Source of the DNA: Candidatus Latescibacterota bacterium
GTDB taxonomy: Bacteria; Latescibacterota; CBDCVA01
Direction: 5' to 3'
Assembly: GCA_965222935.1 (NCBI GenBank)
Contig: CBDCVA010000002.1
Coordinates: 738,422-802,421 of the forward strand
Length of the DNA stretch: 64,000 nt
The notes beneath the pieces are model-generated. The model was not told where the DNA came from, made no database searches, and was given only the letters and a program-made list of their open reading frames with translations. A program made the translations under genes and the position numbers. This document shows positions 41,460 through 51,556 of this stretch, piece by piece (the stretch's first letter is position 1; every line of letters starts with the position of its first letter).

Positions 41460-44345
41460 TTAGTACCCCGTCACAATCTCGATGAAGAATCTGTTGAACG
41501 CCTGCTGCCGCAGCGCGTTAGTCTCTGGGTCATCGAACTGGATCCGTGTCCGGTGGAAACCGATATTCCCCGCGAGCTTATAGCCCCAATATTCCGTCAC
41601 GTTGCTGAACATGATCAACGAGTCGGTCCGCGAGAGATTGTTCTCAGGGTTCACCTTATCCTTGAGCTTGTAGGCTAGTGCATCGCGCGTCGCTGGGGCA
41701 TCTGAAAAGCCCAGACGGAAGCCCTGTTGACCCAGCCGAATAGCTGTGCGCGGGGTGATATGGTAGTCCACGCGCAGGATCGGCGCCACCCGAACCTCCT
41801 CAACCACCTTCTCGAACTTGCCGAAGTCCGTTTTCGGGTCACGCGTCAGCCGTCGCCATAGCATCTTGAACTGGGGCTTGATCACCAAGTTGCCCAGGTA
41901 CCACGTATAGTCTATCCTGTGGCTCGTCGTCACATCGTTGACCACTGCGTCCGTCTGACTTTCAACCCCGAGAAACGAATCGCGGAACGTACCGGGAAGC
42001 TGGTGGTTGCGCGTCCACTTGAGGTTGTTGATGATATTGAGATTATCGATTCGATCAATCCTCGTTCCCAGCCACGAGGTGCTGATCAGCGAGTTGCGCC
42101 GCGAGAGTACATCGAACAGCGGAGCACTGGCGGCCGGGCCTCCGAGGTCCCGCAGTTCCTCGATGTCGTAGACGTGGTTGGGGATGTCATCGCGCACCCG
42201 CTTGGTGTCGTGCCTGACGTCAAGCTCGATCAGCCGAGGCAGGTCGTACATATACGTGCCCTTGAAATAGGCCATCTCGTTCTTGCCGCCGCGGGAAGGC
42301 TCACGCTGTCGGATGACCCCAAGCGTTAACTCCATGTTGTCGACAGGTACCCCGGCGACGAACCAGTGTGGCCCCTCGAGATCGCGGTCGTAGAGCATGT
42401 CCGGCTTCTCATCGTTTTCGCGAACGTCGATGACACCGTTGTTGTTGAAGTCGTCGCCGTAGATGAAGGGCAGCGGATCGGAGTAGTAGAGAAGGAAGGG
42501 CTCATCCCAGTCCACGATGCCATCGCCGTCGCGGTCATCGTCGCGCACCCCGTCCATATCCGCGTCCTGGCCGGGGAAGACGCCCGAGTCCTGGTTACCT
42601 TGCAGGCCGAAGGAGTCATTGTCGTCGTCATCCGCCCACTGGTCTAAGTCGTCGTTATCGTCAATGAGCGGGAAGGGCTGCGTGATGGGCGTATTACGCT
42701 CGTTGGGGTCCTCTTCTTTCCCGGCCTTGTCCGTGTAGAGTAACACACCAGCCCGGTGCTGTTTTAGATCGCGTCCTTCGCCGTTGTAGCCACCGCCGTA
42801 ATTGGCCCCGATGTGGAAGTACTCGAACCCGGCCGTCACGAAACCCACCTGCTTCAGCACGTTCACGTACCATGCCGTCGACCGTTTATAGGTCAGTTTC
42901 TTCCCGTTGTTAATCGTCGGATACTGAGCGAAAACCCAGTTGTTGTTGAACTCACCTGTGATCTTCAGACCAACCAGGTTCATGTCCAAGTTCCAGCCTA
43001 TGATACTCTGCCCTGTGGTGAACCCGTAATCGAAACGGACCTTGTTCTTGTTGGAGAGATCCTTGACGTTCCCCGGCGCGCGATCGATGACGTAAGGCCG
43101 GGTCTCCCGTTCCTCGAATTCACCCTCGCCCCGATTAGCCGCAGTGTTGAAGTAGCTATGTACCTGTGCGACCGAGATCCGGTAGTCGTTCGCGACGACC
43201 GCCTCCCACCGGGCGCGCACGACGTTGCCCAGGCTGTTGTCGATGGGGAAGCGATACTCGATGAAGGCGTTCTCGCCAGCAACCTGCCTCGCGCCATCGG
43301 CTTCGAAGACGTTCCCCACGTCGATGCGCCGTGCACCGGGGATAACGGTCACATTCCCCTCGGCGTCGAATACCTCGACGTCCATAGCCCGGATCACGAC
43401 CGTCGTGTCGCTCTGTGTCGACGTTACCGCCTCATAATCCACCCTGAGGATGAACTGATCCTCGAAGACCGCGGCTCCGCCTTCGCCGTCCGCCTGGGAA
43501 TCATCCTCGAACCGCACGATGAGGAACCTAGGTGGGTGCATGTCCGACGTGGGTAACGTCCCGCGCAACCCGTTGCGCCGCGACCCTAGCGTCACGTTCG
43601 CCTGATGCTGGTTGATGAACGTCCCGCCGATGCGGATCGCTTCGCCAGCGCCGAAGGTGCTCTCCCAGTGCAGACCGATGTTCTCGACGGGAGAGACTTC
43701 GAACCCAGAGGGCCGCACCGCCCCCGGGGCAGTGGGCCGCGCCTCTTGGATGGAAAACGGTTGGTTGCGGTCCACGGGCTGGTTTGTTCCCCGCCATTCG
43801 ATAGCAGTGAACTTGTGGCGTTTGGAAGCGAGGTCCAACCGGACGCCCGCCATTCGGGTGAGATTGAGCGTCAGCGATGTGAACTTCGTCCGGATGTTGT
43901 CCCCGGCGGTCAGCCGCCCGGACCAACCACGGAAGCTGTCGCTGTTGATGATGACCCCGCCGAACAAGTCACCCTCGAATTCCCGGAAGGAGCCCGCAGG
44001 CTCGACAGGTTCATCCCCGCGCAAGAAGATCCGCCCCGGGCGGGCGTCGCTCTGGCGGTAGAACATAAAGCCTTCCATCAAGTAGTTGCCGAGGAAGTCG
44101 TATTGCTTCTCGAGTTGAATCTCGCGCTTGTAGTTCCTGTAAGCCTCTTCGCCGTAATTGGCGTAGGCTTCCTGCTGCAGGCGCCCCAGCCACGGGTTCT
44201 CCACTTGCTGCCAGAGTTTAGGCCCCATCTGCTGCGCTTCCGCTTGGGATACCGCGAGCATCGCCCATCCGGCCCAGAGTACGGCCACTGACCCGAGCCA
44301 GGCCATCGTCCGAAAATGTCCCGTGTTGTAGCGTCTCATCGCCAT
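41460..44345 (-). CDS. Large exported protein, paralogue 3 (Asp-rich core, putative outer-membrane barrel)
   Basis: Signal peptide ending AEA; motifs shared with the two upstream ORFs; C-terminus FNRFFIEIVTGY. Confidence 0.85.
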   Translation of the reverse strand: MAMRRYNTGHFRTMAWLGSVAVLWAGWAMLAVSQAEAQQMGPKLWQQVENPWLGRLQQEAYANYGEEAYRNYKREIQLEKQYDFLGNYLMEGFMFYRQSDARPGRIFLRGDEPVEPAGSFREFEGDLFGGVIINSDSFRGWSGRLTAGDNIRTKFTSLTLNLTRMAGVRLDLASKRHKFTAIEWRGTNQPVDRNQPFSIQEARPTAPGAVRPSGFEVSPVENIGLHWESTFGAGEAIRIGGTFINQHQANVTLGSRRNGLRGTLPTSDMHPPRFLIVRFEDDSQADGEGGAAVFEDQFILRVDYEAVTSTQSDTTVVIRAMDVEVFDAEGNVTVIPGARRIDVGNVFEADGARQVAGENAFIEYRFPIDNSLGNVVRARWEAVVANDYRISVAQVHSYFNTAANRGEGEFEERETRPYVIDRAPGNVKDLSNKNKVRFDYGFTTGQSIIGWNLDMNLVGLKITGEFNNNWVFAQYPTINNGKKLTYKRSTAWYVNVLKQVGFVTAGFEYFHIGANYGGGYNGEGRDLKQHRAGVLLYTDKAGKEEDPNERNTPITQPFPLIDDNDDLDQWADDDDNDSFGLQGNQDSGVFPGQDADMDGVRDDDRDGDGIVDWDEPFLLYYSDPLPFIYGDDFNNNGVIDVRENDEKPDMLYDRDLEGPHWFVAGVPVDNMELTLGVIRQREPSRGGKNEMAYFKGTYMYDLPRLIELDVRHDTKRVRDDIPNHVYDIEELRDLGGPAASAPLFDVLSRRNSLISTSWLGTRIDRIDNLNIINNLKWTRNHQLPGTFRDSFLGVESQTDAVVNDVTTSHRIDYTWYLGNLVIKPQFKMLWRRLTRDPKTDFGKFEKVVEEVRVAPILRVDYHITPRTAIRLGQQGFRLGFSDAPATRDALAYKLKDKVNPENNLSRTDSLIMFSNVTEYWGYKLAGNIGFHRTRIQFDDPETNALRQQAFNRFFIEIVTGY

Positions 44346-44346
44346 C

Positions 44347-47160
44347 TTAGTAGCCAGTCACCACCTCGAAGAAGAAGCGACTGAAGCGTCTGTTCCGAAC
44401 GGCTGCCAACTCTTCGTCTTCAAACTCCAGGTGCCGCCTGAGGAAGCCGACGTTCGCAAAGAGCGGGTAACCCCAGTAGTTCGCATTGCTGCTCAGCATG
44501 ACGAGAAAATCGGTGGTCGATCGCTTCTCAGACTCCAAGACCTTGTCTATGACCTTTGCCGCGAAGAAGTTCCGGAACCTCCGATTGTCCGATCCCATCC
44601 GCCAGCCCTGCTGAGCGAAACGCAGCGTCGTCCTCTCCGTCACGTGCAGGTCCGCGCGGATGATGGGCGCTGTGCGCACCTCGTAGAGGAGTAGTTCAGA
44701 GTCTTCGCCCTGGCCCGCCTTGGGGTTCCTTTTGATGATGCGCGTGAGCACCTTGAACTGTGGCATGATGTCAAGGATACCCAGCCGCCAACGGTAGTCC
44801 GCCTTGTTGCTCAGGGTGTACTCGTTCAGCCAGGCGTCGATCTGCTCCGTCTTGTCCAGAAACGGTGTTCGCAGCGGCCCCCGATACTGGCGGTTCAGGA
44901 TCGTCTTGAAGTTGTTAGTGATGCCGATCCCGCGCAGGGGCTTGTTGCGCATACTAAACCACGACGTGTGCACTAGGCTGTTCTGGCGCGTGAGTTGGTC
45001 GAAGAACGGGTCTCCGGACTGCGGCCCATCATCGTTCGGAAGCTGTCGCACGTCATAAACGTGGTTCGGGATGTCATCCCGAACGCGCTTGGTGTCGTGC
45101 CTGAACTCGAGCGTACCAAAGCTGCGGATGTCGGCATCGTAGGTCAGCTTGAAATACCGCATTTGGGTTTTGCCGCCGCGGCCAGGCTCTTCAAGGTCCA
45201 TCAGGCCGGCGGTCATCCCCACGTCGCGGAAGGGTACCGCCGAGACGAACCAGTGCGGCCCCTCCAGGTCCTTGTCGTAGGGGTAGTCCGCCTTCTCGTC
45301 GTTCTCCCGGTCGTCGATCACCCCATTGTTGTTGAAGTCGTCCCCGTAGATGAACGGCAGCGGGTCCGAGTAGTAGAGCAGGAATGGCTCTTCCCAGTCC
45401 GGGATGCCATCGAAATCGCGGTCGTCGTCCGGCACGCCGTCCTGGTCCTCATCCACCCCGGGGAAGACCCCGGCTTCAGGACGGATCCCCAGTACCGTAG
45501 GACCGGGCCAATCGTTAAAGGCATCGTCGGCCCACTGGTCGCGGTCGTCGTTGTCGTCTACCAGCGGGAATTCCATCCCCGCAACAAGCGTCCGAACGTT
45601 CGGGTCACGGTCCCACCCACCTTGATCAGTCTGGAGCGTGAGCCCGCCGCGACGGCTGTTGTAGCTGGTATAATTGGGGGCGATGTGGAAATACTCGAAG
45701 CCCGTGGTGAAGGGCCCGATCTGTTTGAGCACGTTGACGAACCAGGCCGTCTCGCGCTCGGCCGTTATCTCCTCACCGAAATTGATGGGGAACTGGCTGA
45801 ACACCCAGTTGTTGCTGACCTCGCCTTCGATCTTGACGCCCAAGAGGTTGAGCGTCCAGTCAAAGCTCAAAAGCGACTGGCCGGTCAGGAACCCGTAGTC
45901 GATCCTGATCCGCTGCTTGTTGGAGCCATCGGCAGGGTTGCCCGGGGCTCGCGCATAGATGATGTTCTGCGTCTCCCGATCCACGAACTCGCCCCGATCG
46001 CCCTGCAAAGGATCGAAGAACGGGTGTCTTTGACGGATCTCCACCCGGTAGTCCTTGGCCACTACAGCATCAACCACCGCGCGCTTGGCCTTCCCCAACT
46101 CGACTGCCGTCGGAATCGTGAAGGCGTACTCGATGACATCCGTGCCATCCGCCTGCCGGAAGCCCGGGCCGATCTCTGCCCCCGGACTCCGGACCTCGCC
46201 GCCGCGGCCCACCGTTAACACGACCGTCGTATCGGGTAGGCCGGACCGTACGAACGTGACGCTCAAGGCGACCGATTCATCGCCGACCAGAGCGCCGCCC
46301 CGCCCGTCTTCGGGCGAGTCATCACCGAAGACCACGATGATCTCTTTGGGGGGCTGCTGCTCGGACGGGATCGTGCCCCTTATGGGATTGAAGCGGGCGC
46401 CTTTAGTGACGTCCTCGGTGTGCTGATTGACGAAGCTTCCACCGAGCCGAACGGCGTCGCCGAACAGCTTCGATTCCCACCTTGCGCCGGAGTTCTGTAC
46501 GGGGAACTTCTCCCATCTGGCTGGTTCTCCCTCCGAGAAACCAACAGTGGGGTCAGGCCCGAACTCGAAGGGGACGGAGAAGGGAACATCGACCGCGCTG
46601 TTAAACTCATTCGTGCCCCGCCACTGCACGAGCGTGAACTTGTGGTAGCGCGGGGATGCAACATCGAACCGAATGCCGGTCATCCGCGTAAGGTTCAGCG
46701 TGAGGGGCGTGAACTTGGTCCGGATGTCATCGCCGAGCGTGAAGCGGAAGTCCCAACCTGAGTAGCTGTCGTTGAGGGCGAGCATCTCCTGAAACAGCGG
46801 CACGTAGATACCACTCTTGAGTTGAATGCTACCCACCGCATCCAGTCCCTTGCTGTCAAGCTGGTACACCCTACCCGGGCGTGCCTCGTTGTACTGCACT
46901 AGCCGGAATCCATCGAGCAGGAAGTTGCCCAGCGGGTCGAAGCGCTTGTCCACGTTGGCCTCGCCCTTGTACGAGATGTAGTCCTCATCACCATAGTTGA
47001 GAAATCCTTCGCGCTGTTCGCGCGACAGGAAAGGCTTTGCAGGCCGGCGCCACTCGCGCAGCATGCCGTCCTCGCCCCAGGCCGGCCATACCGGACTCAA
47101 CACGACGACCAGCGCGAACGCGAAGAGGAACGCACGCACGAAGGATGGGAGGCGATGCAT
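44347..47160 (-). CDS. Large exported protein, paralogue 2 (Asp-rich core, putative outer-membrane barrel)
   Basis: Signal peptide MHRLPSFVRAFLFAFALVVVLSPVWPAWG; shared motifs; C-terminus FSRFFFEVVTGY; alternative TTG start at 47190. Confidence 0.85.
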   Translation of the reverse strand: MHRLPSFVRAFLFAFALVVVLSPVWPAWGEDGMLREWRRPAKPFLSREQREGFLNYGDEDYISYKGEANVDKRFDPLGNFLLDGFRLVQYNEARPGRVYQLDSKGLDAVGSIQLKSGIYVPLFQEMLALNDSYSGWDFRFTLGDDIRTKFTPLTLNLTRMTGIRFDVASPRYHKFTLVQWRGTNEFNSAVDVPFSVPFEFGPDPTVGFSEGEPARWEKFPVQNSGARWESKLFGDAVRLGGSFVNQHTEDVTKGARFNPIRGTIPSEQQPPKEIIVVFGDDSPEDGRGGALVGDESVALSVTFVRSGLPDTTVVLTVGRGGEVRSPGAEIGPGFRQADGTDVIEYAFTIPTAVELGKAKRAVVDAVVAKDYRVEIRQRHPFFDPLQGDRGEFVDRETQNIIYARAPGNPADGSNKQRIRIDYGFLTGQSLLSFDWTLNLLGVKIEGEVSNNWVFSQFPINFGEEITAERETAWFVNVLKQIGPFTTGFEYFHIAPNYTSYNSRRGGLTLQTDQGGWDRDPNVRTLVAGMEFPLVDDNDDRDQWADDAFNDWPGPTVLGIRPEAGVFPGVDEDQDGVPDDDRDFDGIPDWEEPFLLYYSDPLPFIYGDDFNNNGVIDDRENDEKADYPYDKDLEGPHWFVSAVPFRDVGMTAGLMDLEEPGRGGKTQMRYFKLTYDADIRSFGTLEFRHDTKRVRDDIPNHVYDVRQLPNDDGPQSGDPFFDQLTRQNSLVHTSWFSMRNKPLRGIGITNNFKTILNRQYRGPLRTPFLDKTEQIDAWLNEYTLSNKADYRWRLGILDIMPQFKVLTRIIKRNPKAGQGEDSELLLYEVRTAPIIRADLHVTERTTLRFAQQGWRMGSDNRRFRNFFAAKVIDKVLESEKRSTTDFLVMLSSNANYWGYPLFANVGFLRRHLEFEDEELAAVRNRRFSRFFFEVVTGY

Positions 47161-47176
47161 CAAGGCATTGATCCTG

Positions 47177-50074
47177 TCATCGACCTGCAAAGCCTACGAT
47201 CTCGACGAAGAACCGATTGATCTTTTCGTCTCGGAAGCGGCTGTCTCTGTCACGGAACTCGCTCCGACGGCGATGGAAGCCCAAGGAGGTGACCAGGCTG
47301 GTGCCAAAGTATGCCGACGTATTCTGGATCATCAGGACCATGTCGCTTGCGCTGAACGACTCCCGAGGGCTGCCCTTGTCCCGGAACTGGAAGGCGAAGA
47401 AGTTCCGCGCCCGCTCCTGGTGAAGGCCCAGGTTGTCGAATAACCGGTGCAGCCGAGGCAACCGCAGTCCTTGTTGGCCGAAACGGAACACCGTTTTGGG
47501 CGTGGCGTGAAAATCGACCTTTAAGATCGGAGCCGTCCACGACTGACTCCGCCGGAGGACCTTCGCGCCAGCTTTGAGGTTCTCCTGTTCGACGAGCGTC
47601 AAACGTTTGAACTGGGGCCAGATGCTCCAGCGGCCGCGTCTGAACCGGTAGTCCGCCCTGTTGACCATCAAAAACGACGTCACGCGCGAGTCGCTCTGCT
47701 CGGTGCCGTCCTTGAAGCGGCTGGGCAACTTGTGGTTCTGCATGAACTTGAAATTGTTCTCGATGTGCAGATTCAGCACCTGTTTGTACTGGGTGCCAAG
47801 AAAGGCCGTGTGGACCAGAGAATTGAGCATTTCAAGATGGTCGTAGCCCCGGTCGAACGGCTGAGGTCCGAAGATGGTGGGCACGTCGCCAAAAACGTAG
47901 ACGCTGTTGCGGACTGAATCGCGCACCCGCTTGGTGTCGTGACGCCACTCGACCACCCCGGCGTCGCCGCGGTCGAAGATGTACGAACTGCGAAAATAGC
48001 GCCCCGCGTTCTCACCGCCGCCCGCGATCTCCTGCGTGTCGAACTGGCCCACGGAGAACTTCAAGCCGCGAGTCGGCAAGACCTCCACGAAGTAATGGGG
48101 GCCCTCCAGATCCTTGTCGTAGGGATAGTCGGGACGCTCATCGTTCTCCCAGTGATCGATCCAGAAGTTGTTGTTGTTGTCGAAGCCGTAGGTGAACTCC
48201 AGCGGATCGCTGTAGTAGAGCAAGAAGGGTTCGGTCCAGTCGGGAACGTCGTTGCTGTTCTGGTCGTCGTCGATGTGGCCGTCGAAGTCTTCGTCACGAC
48301 CGGGATAGACGCCCCTGTTCAACTCGATATTGGTGCGGCTGGCGTTCTCCTTGAGGATGTCATCGTCAGACCACATATCCCCGTCATCGTTGTCGTCCAC
48401 CCACGGGAACTCGGTCGTTTGCTTGACCTCCTTGCTCGCGCCCGCTCTGTCGGTGTAAAGCGAGGGACCGCCGCGCGTACCCATGTATGACGCATACTTG
48501 GGCCCAATGTGGAAATACTCGAACCCAAGGTTGAGTGGCCCCGCCTCTTTGAGGACGTCGATGAAATAGGCCGCACCGCTTAAAGGTGAGAGCTGCACCC
48601 CCCGACCCGTCGGGAATTGAAAGTACGTGGAGGAAAGCGCGAATTCACCCCTTGCCTTCAGGCCCGCGAAGTCGGCAGTGAAATTGGAGCCGTAAATGGA
48701 CTGCCCCGTCGTGAACCCATAGCGGAACTGGATGGGCGCTTTGTTCGAGAGATCCTGGATATTGCCCGGCGCCCGCGTGATGATGTAGGGGTCCGTCTCG
48801 CGATCTTCGAACGCCTTTTTGTTCCCGAATTCGTCGAGCTGCTTGGAGCGACCTTCGCCCTTCGCGTTATAGCCAATGAAATAGGTGTGGTTCTGGCTGA
48901 TTTCGACCCTGTAATCGTTGGCGACCATAGCCTCGACCATCATGGCAACCGGGGTGGGTGAGACGGGCATATCATAGCTGAAGGAGATCGTCTCGAAGCC
49001 GTTCGCCTCGATGTGGTCGCCTACAACGACGCCACCGGCGCTGCTGGACACGAACCGCGTGATGACGCTGTCACCCTCGGCGACCAGGGTCACTCTCGGT
49101 GCCCCAAAGACGGCCGCGCCCCCGCGGCCATCCTCCGGGGAATCGTCGGAGAAGGTCACAACAACCTGCTGCGGCGGCAGCATCGGGTACGGGAGGCCGC
49201 CCCGGAGGCTGGTGATGCCTTCGTCGCGGGTCACGTCCTCAGCGTGCTGGTTGACGAACGTGGCTCCAAGCTCCAAGGCATCGCCCACTTGTGTGCGCCA
49301 GTGCGCGCCGAAAAACGGGACGGACCCGACTGAGGCCGCTCCCCGGATAGGCTTTCCAGCATGGAAATTGACGACTCTTCCACCCCAGTAGCTCTCGTAA
49401 TTGGTGCGCCACGTCGTTCTACCGCTGGTATAGAGGAACGTCGCTTGGTGCTTCGTCGAGTTGATGTCGTAGCGGATGCCGGAGAACCGGGGGACCTTAA
49501 ACGTCAGGTCCGTGAATTGGCTCCGTATCCAGTCCCCGGCGGACAGGCGCCACTGAAAGCCCTGGCCGGAATCCTGGATCTGTACCAGGGTGTTGAACCA
49601 GAACCTGTAATGGCCGTGAACCGCTCGGACGCTCCCGTCATGGAGATCACCGAATCGAGGAAGGCCTATCCCTATCCCCGGACGCTGTTCCTCGAACCGC
49701 CATACCGTCTGGCCCTCCACCATGTAGTTCCCGAGGATGTCGAACTTCTTGAAGCTGTCCAGCCCGAACTGATAGGGATTGTACTTCTCCCTGGCGTAGT
49801 TGAGGTAGCCATCGGGGTCCTCGCGGCGCAGGAAGGGGCGGACGAACTTGCCCTCGTGGGCGAACTGAGCTTTGACCGGAGACGGCCAGACGCTCCCGAT
49901 GACGGCTGCAAGAGCTAGCGCCACCATGGACCCAAAGCGCCCTAGGCCTAAGCGTCTCGTGACGGCCGCAATAACTCGTTTCCAATCCTGTGAAGAATGG
50001 AAGAACGTGCCTGTGTTATGCCGCACCCTCATGAGGATACAACCCATTTTGAAGTGCCGCAACCCCTTTGGCAT
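47177..50074 (-). CDS. Large exported protein, paralogue 1 (Asp-rich core, putative outer-membrane barrel)
   Basis: Hydrophobic signal VALALAAVIGSVWPSPVKA; shared motifs; C-terminus INRFFVEIVGFAGR; exact start uncertain. Confidence 0.85.
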   Translation of the reverse strand: MPKGLRHFKMGCILMRVRHNTGTFFHSSQDWKRVIAAVTRRLGLGRFGSMVALALAAVIGSVWPSPVKAQFAHEGKFVRPFLRREDPDGYLNYAREKYNPYQFGLDSFKKFDILGNYMVEGQTVWRFEEQRPGIGIGLPRFGDLHDGSVRAVHGHYRFWFNTLVQIQDSGQGFQWRLSAGDWIRSQFTDLTFKVPRFSGIRYDINSTKHQATFLYTSGRTTWRTNYESYWGGRVVNFHAGKPIRGAASVGSVPFFGAHWRTQVGDALELGATFVNQHAEDVTRDEGITSLRGGLPYPMLPPQQVVVTFSDDSPEDGRGGAAVFGAPRVTLVAEGDSVITRFVSSSAGGVVVGDHIEANGFETISFSYDMPVSPTPVAMMVEAMVANDYRVEISQNHTYFIGYNAKGEGRSKQLDEFGNKKAFEDRETDPYIITRAPGNIQDLSNKAPIQFRYGFTTGQSIYGSNFTADFAGLKARGEFALSSTYFQFPTGRGVQLSPLSGAAYFIDVLKEAGPLNLGFEYFHIGPKYASYMGTRGGPSLYTDRAGASKEVKQTTEFPWVDDNDDGDMWSDDDILKENASRTNIELNRGVYPGRDEDFDGHIDDDQNSNDVPDWTEPFLLYYSDPLEFTYGFDNNNNFWIDHWENDERPDYPYDKDLEGPHYFVEVLPTRGLKFSVGQFDTQEIAGGGENAGRYFRSSYIFDRGDAGVVEWRHDTKRVRDSVRNSVYVFGDVPTIFGPQPFDRGYDHLEMLNSLVHTAFLGTQYKQVLNLHIENNFKFMQNHKLPSRFKDGTEQSDSRVTSFLMVNRADYRFRRGRWSIWPQFKRLTLVEQENLKAGAKVLRRSQSWTAPILKVDFHATPKTVFRFGQQGLRLPRLHRLFDNLGLHQERARNFFAFQFRDKGSPRESFSASDMVLMIQNTSAYFGTSLVTSLGFHRRRSEFRDRDSRFRDEKINRFFVEIVGFAGR

Positions 50075-50135
50075 GAGCCATCCCGGCGCGCCGGAAGCTA
50101 CAGCGCGCTCGTTAAGGCCCTGAACGCCGCGGCGT

Positions 50136-51494
50136 TCAGTAGCCCGCAGCGACGGCCCGCTGGGCGAGCGAACCCTCCTGCGTTAGTGCAAAGACAATGA
50201 CGTTGATGGAAAACTCTAAAAACTGGCGCCTACCCGCATCCGGGAAATAGTGAACCATTGACCCCGAGGCTATGACGTCCTTGGTCCACTTTTCCATCAA
50301 ATCGGTGAGAATGGCCATGACGCGGCCATCGTTCCCGACGTACCAGTTGATCCTACGCAACTGGCCGTCCCTAGCGTTGCGAAGACCGCCGCCTATACCA
50401 TAGGCCCTAAATCTACCGCCAACGTCGTTGCCGCCGGGCGGGCCGTCAAAGTCGTAGAACGAGTGGTAGACGGGATGGTCGTTGGGAAGCTCCACGCGGT
50501 TGTAGTGCCGCCCCAGGCGAAAGTCCTGAGTCTCAAGGGCGTCCTTGAGCAATTGGCGCTTGAACTGGACCACCTCCGTATAGTCCGGAGAGATCTCGGG
50601 GGGGCCACCGGCCATGCTGTAATCCAGCCAGAGGAACCCACCGCTGGTCAGATACTGGCCGAGGTTTCTCAACTCCGCCCCGGAGGCGTCGAACTGATTG
50701 ATCGTGTTGAAAACGGTCCACGGAACCTTGAGGAGTTCCGGGTCGTCCAGCGTCAGGTCGTCCAATACGTCCACATGAATATCCGTGTACTCGTTCACGG
50801 ATTCGGCCAAGTGTGTAAGCCCCTGCGGATTGCTGTTGCGGCCGTAATGGTATTCCGCGCCCGTAAGCTTCGTCCCCCGCGCCTTGAAGCTTGCTGTGGA
50901 CGAGTACGCTCTGGCGATGTGGAAGAAGCCCGTTATCCGGCGCTTGTCCTCGGCATCCTGGATGATGAACGCCCGGTCCTTTCCCGTATCGAGCGCTGAG
51001 ATGTCTATCATCTCGAGCGACAGGTCCAGCCGTACGCCGGGCACCTTATTCACGCTCACCATCCCTGATTCGATCGTCGGCTCCAGCGCGGGACGCTCGA
51101 ACTCCGCAGTCTGCTCCACCGCCGTGACCGGACGCACCAGGCTATCGAGCACGCGGCTGGCCTTCGGCGCGCGGCTGAGTCCCCGGGTATCCACCTTCGC
51201 GCGCACCCGCTTCATCCGACGCCGCATCTTACGACGCTTGGGCTTCGGCGCCTTGCGCAGTTCCAGCGGTTTGATCAGCCGAGGCTCCCGCTTGATGAAC
51301 CGCGTCGTCAGCGGCTTCACCGCCTTTCGATCCGCCGAAACCTTCCAGACCGCCAGAGACCCGTGAAGCGCAACGGCAATCGCCAGGCTGATGAGCCGGA
51401 TCTTTCGCACCTGGCGTCCGGCAACGGCCTCCAGATTGAGCCCCGCCGAGGGCGTATTAAAGCGCGATTCGTGCCTCATCTGTTCGTCCGCCAT
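50136..51494 (-). CDS. Membrane-anchored DUF4159-domain protein with TonB-like N-terminus
   Basis: Single TM ISLAIAVALHGSLAVW, then a Pro/Lys/Arg-rich linker; C-terminal domain with NLGQYLTSGGFLWLD, ELPNDHPVYHSFYDFDGPP, NVIVFALT; RBS GGGAGGGG. Confidence 0.75.
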   Translation of the reverse strand: MADEQMRHESRFNTPSAGLNLEAVAGRQVRKIRLISLAIAVALHGSLAVWKVSADRKAVKPLTTRFIKREPRLIKPLELRKAPKPKRRKMRRRMKRVRAKVDTRGLSRAPKASRVLDSLVRPVTAVEQTAEFERPALEPTIESGMVSVNKVPGVRLDLSLEMIDISALDTGKDRAFIIQDAEDKRRITGFFHIARAYSSTASFKARGTKLTGAEYHYGRNSNPQGLTHLAESVNEYTDIHVDVLDDLTLDDPELLKVPWTVFNTINQFDASGAELRNLGQYLTSGGFLWLDYSMAGGPPEISPDYTEVVQFKRQLLKDALETQDFRLGRHYNRVELPNDHPVYHSFYDFDGPPGGNDVGGRFRAYGIGGGLRNARDGQLRRINWYVGNDGRVMAILTDLMEKWTKDVIASGSMVHYFPDAGRRQFLEFSINVIVFALTQEGSLAQRAVAAGY

Positions 51495-51556
51495 TTCACA
51501 ACCCCTCCCTGCGTGGGGCCATTCTTCGGTTCAACTCTTCGCGCAAACCCCATATA

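Noticed and set aside
41460-50074. Recurrent DNA segments (e.g. GCGCACCCGCTTGGTGTCGTG, GGAAATACTCGAA) considered as repeats or a CRISPR array
   Set aside because: Spacing is ~2.9 kb and they coincide with conserved codons of paralogous genes; no repeat-spacer array or cas genes.
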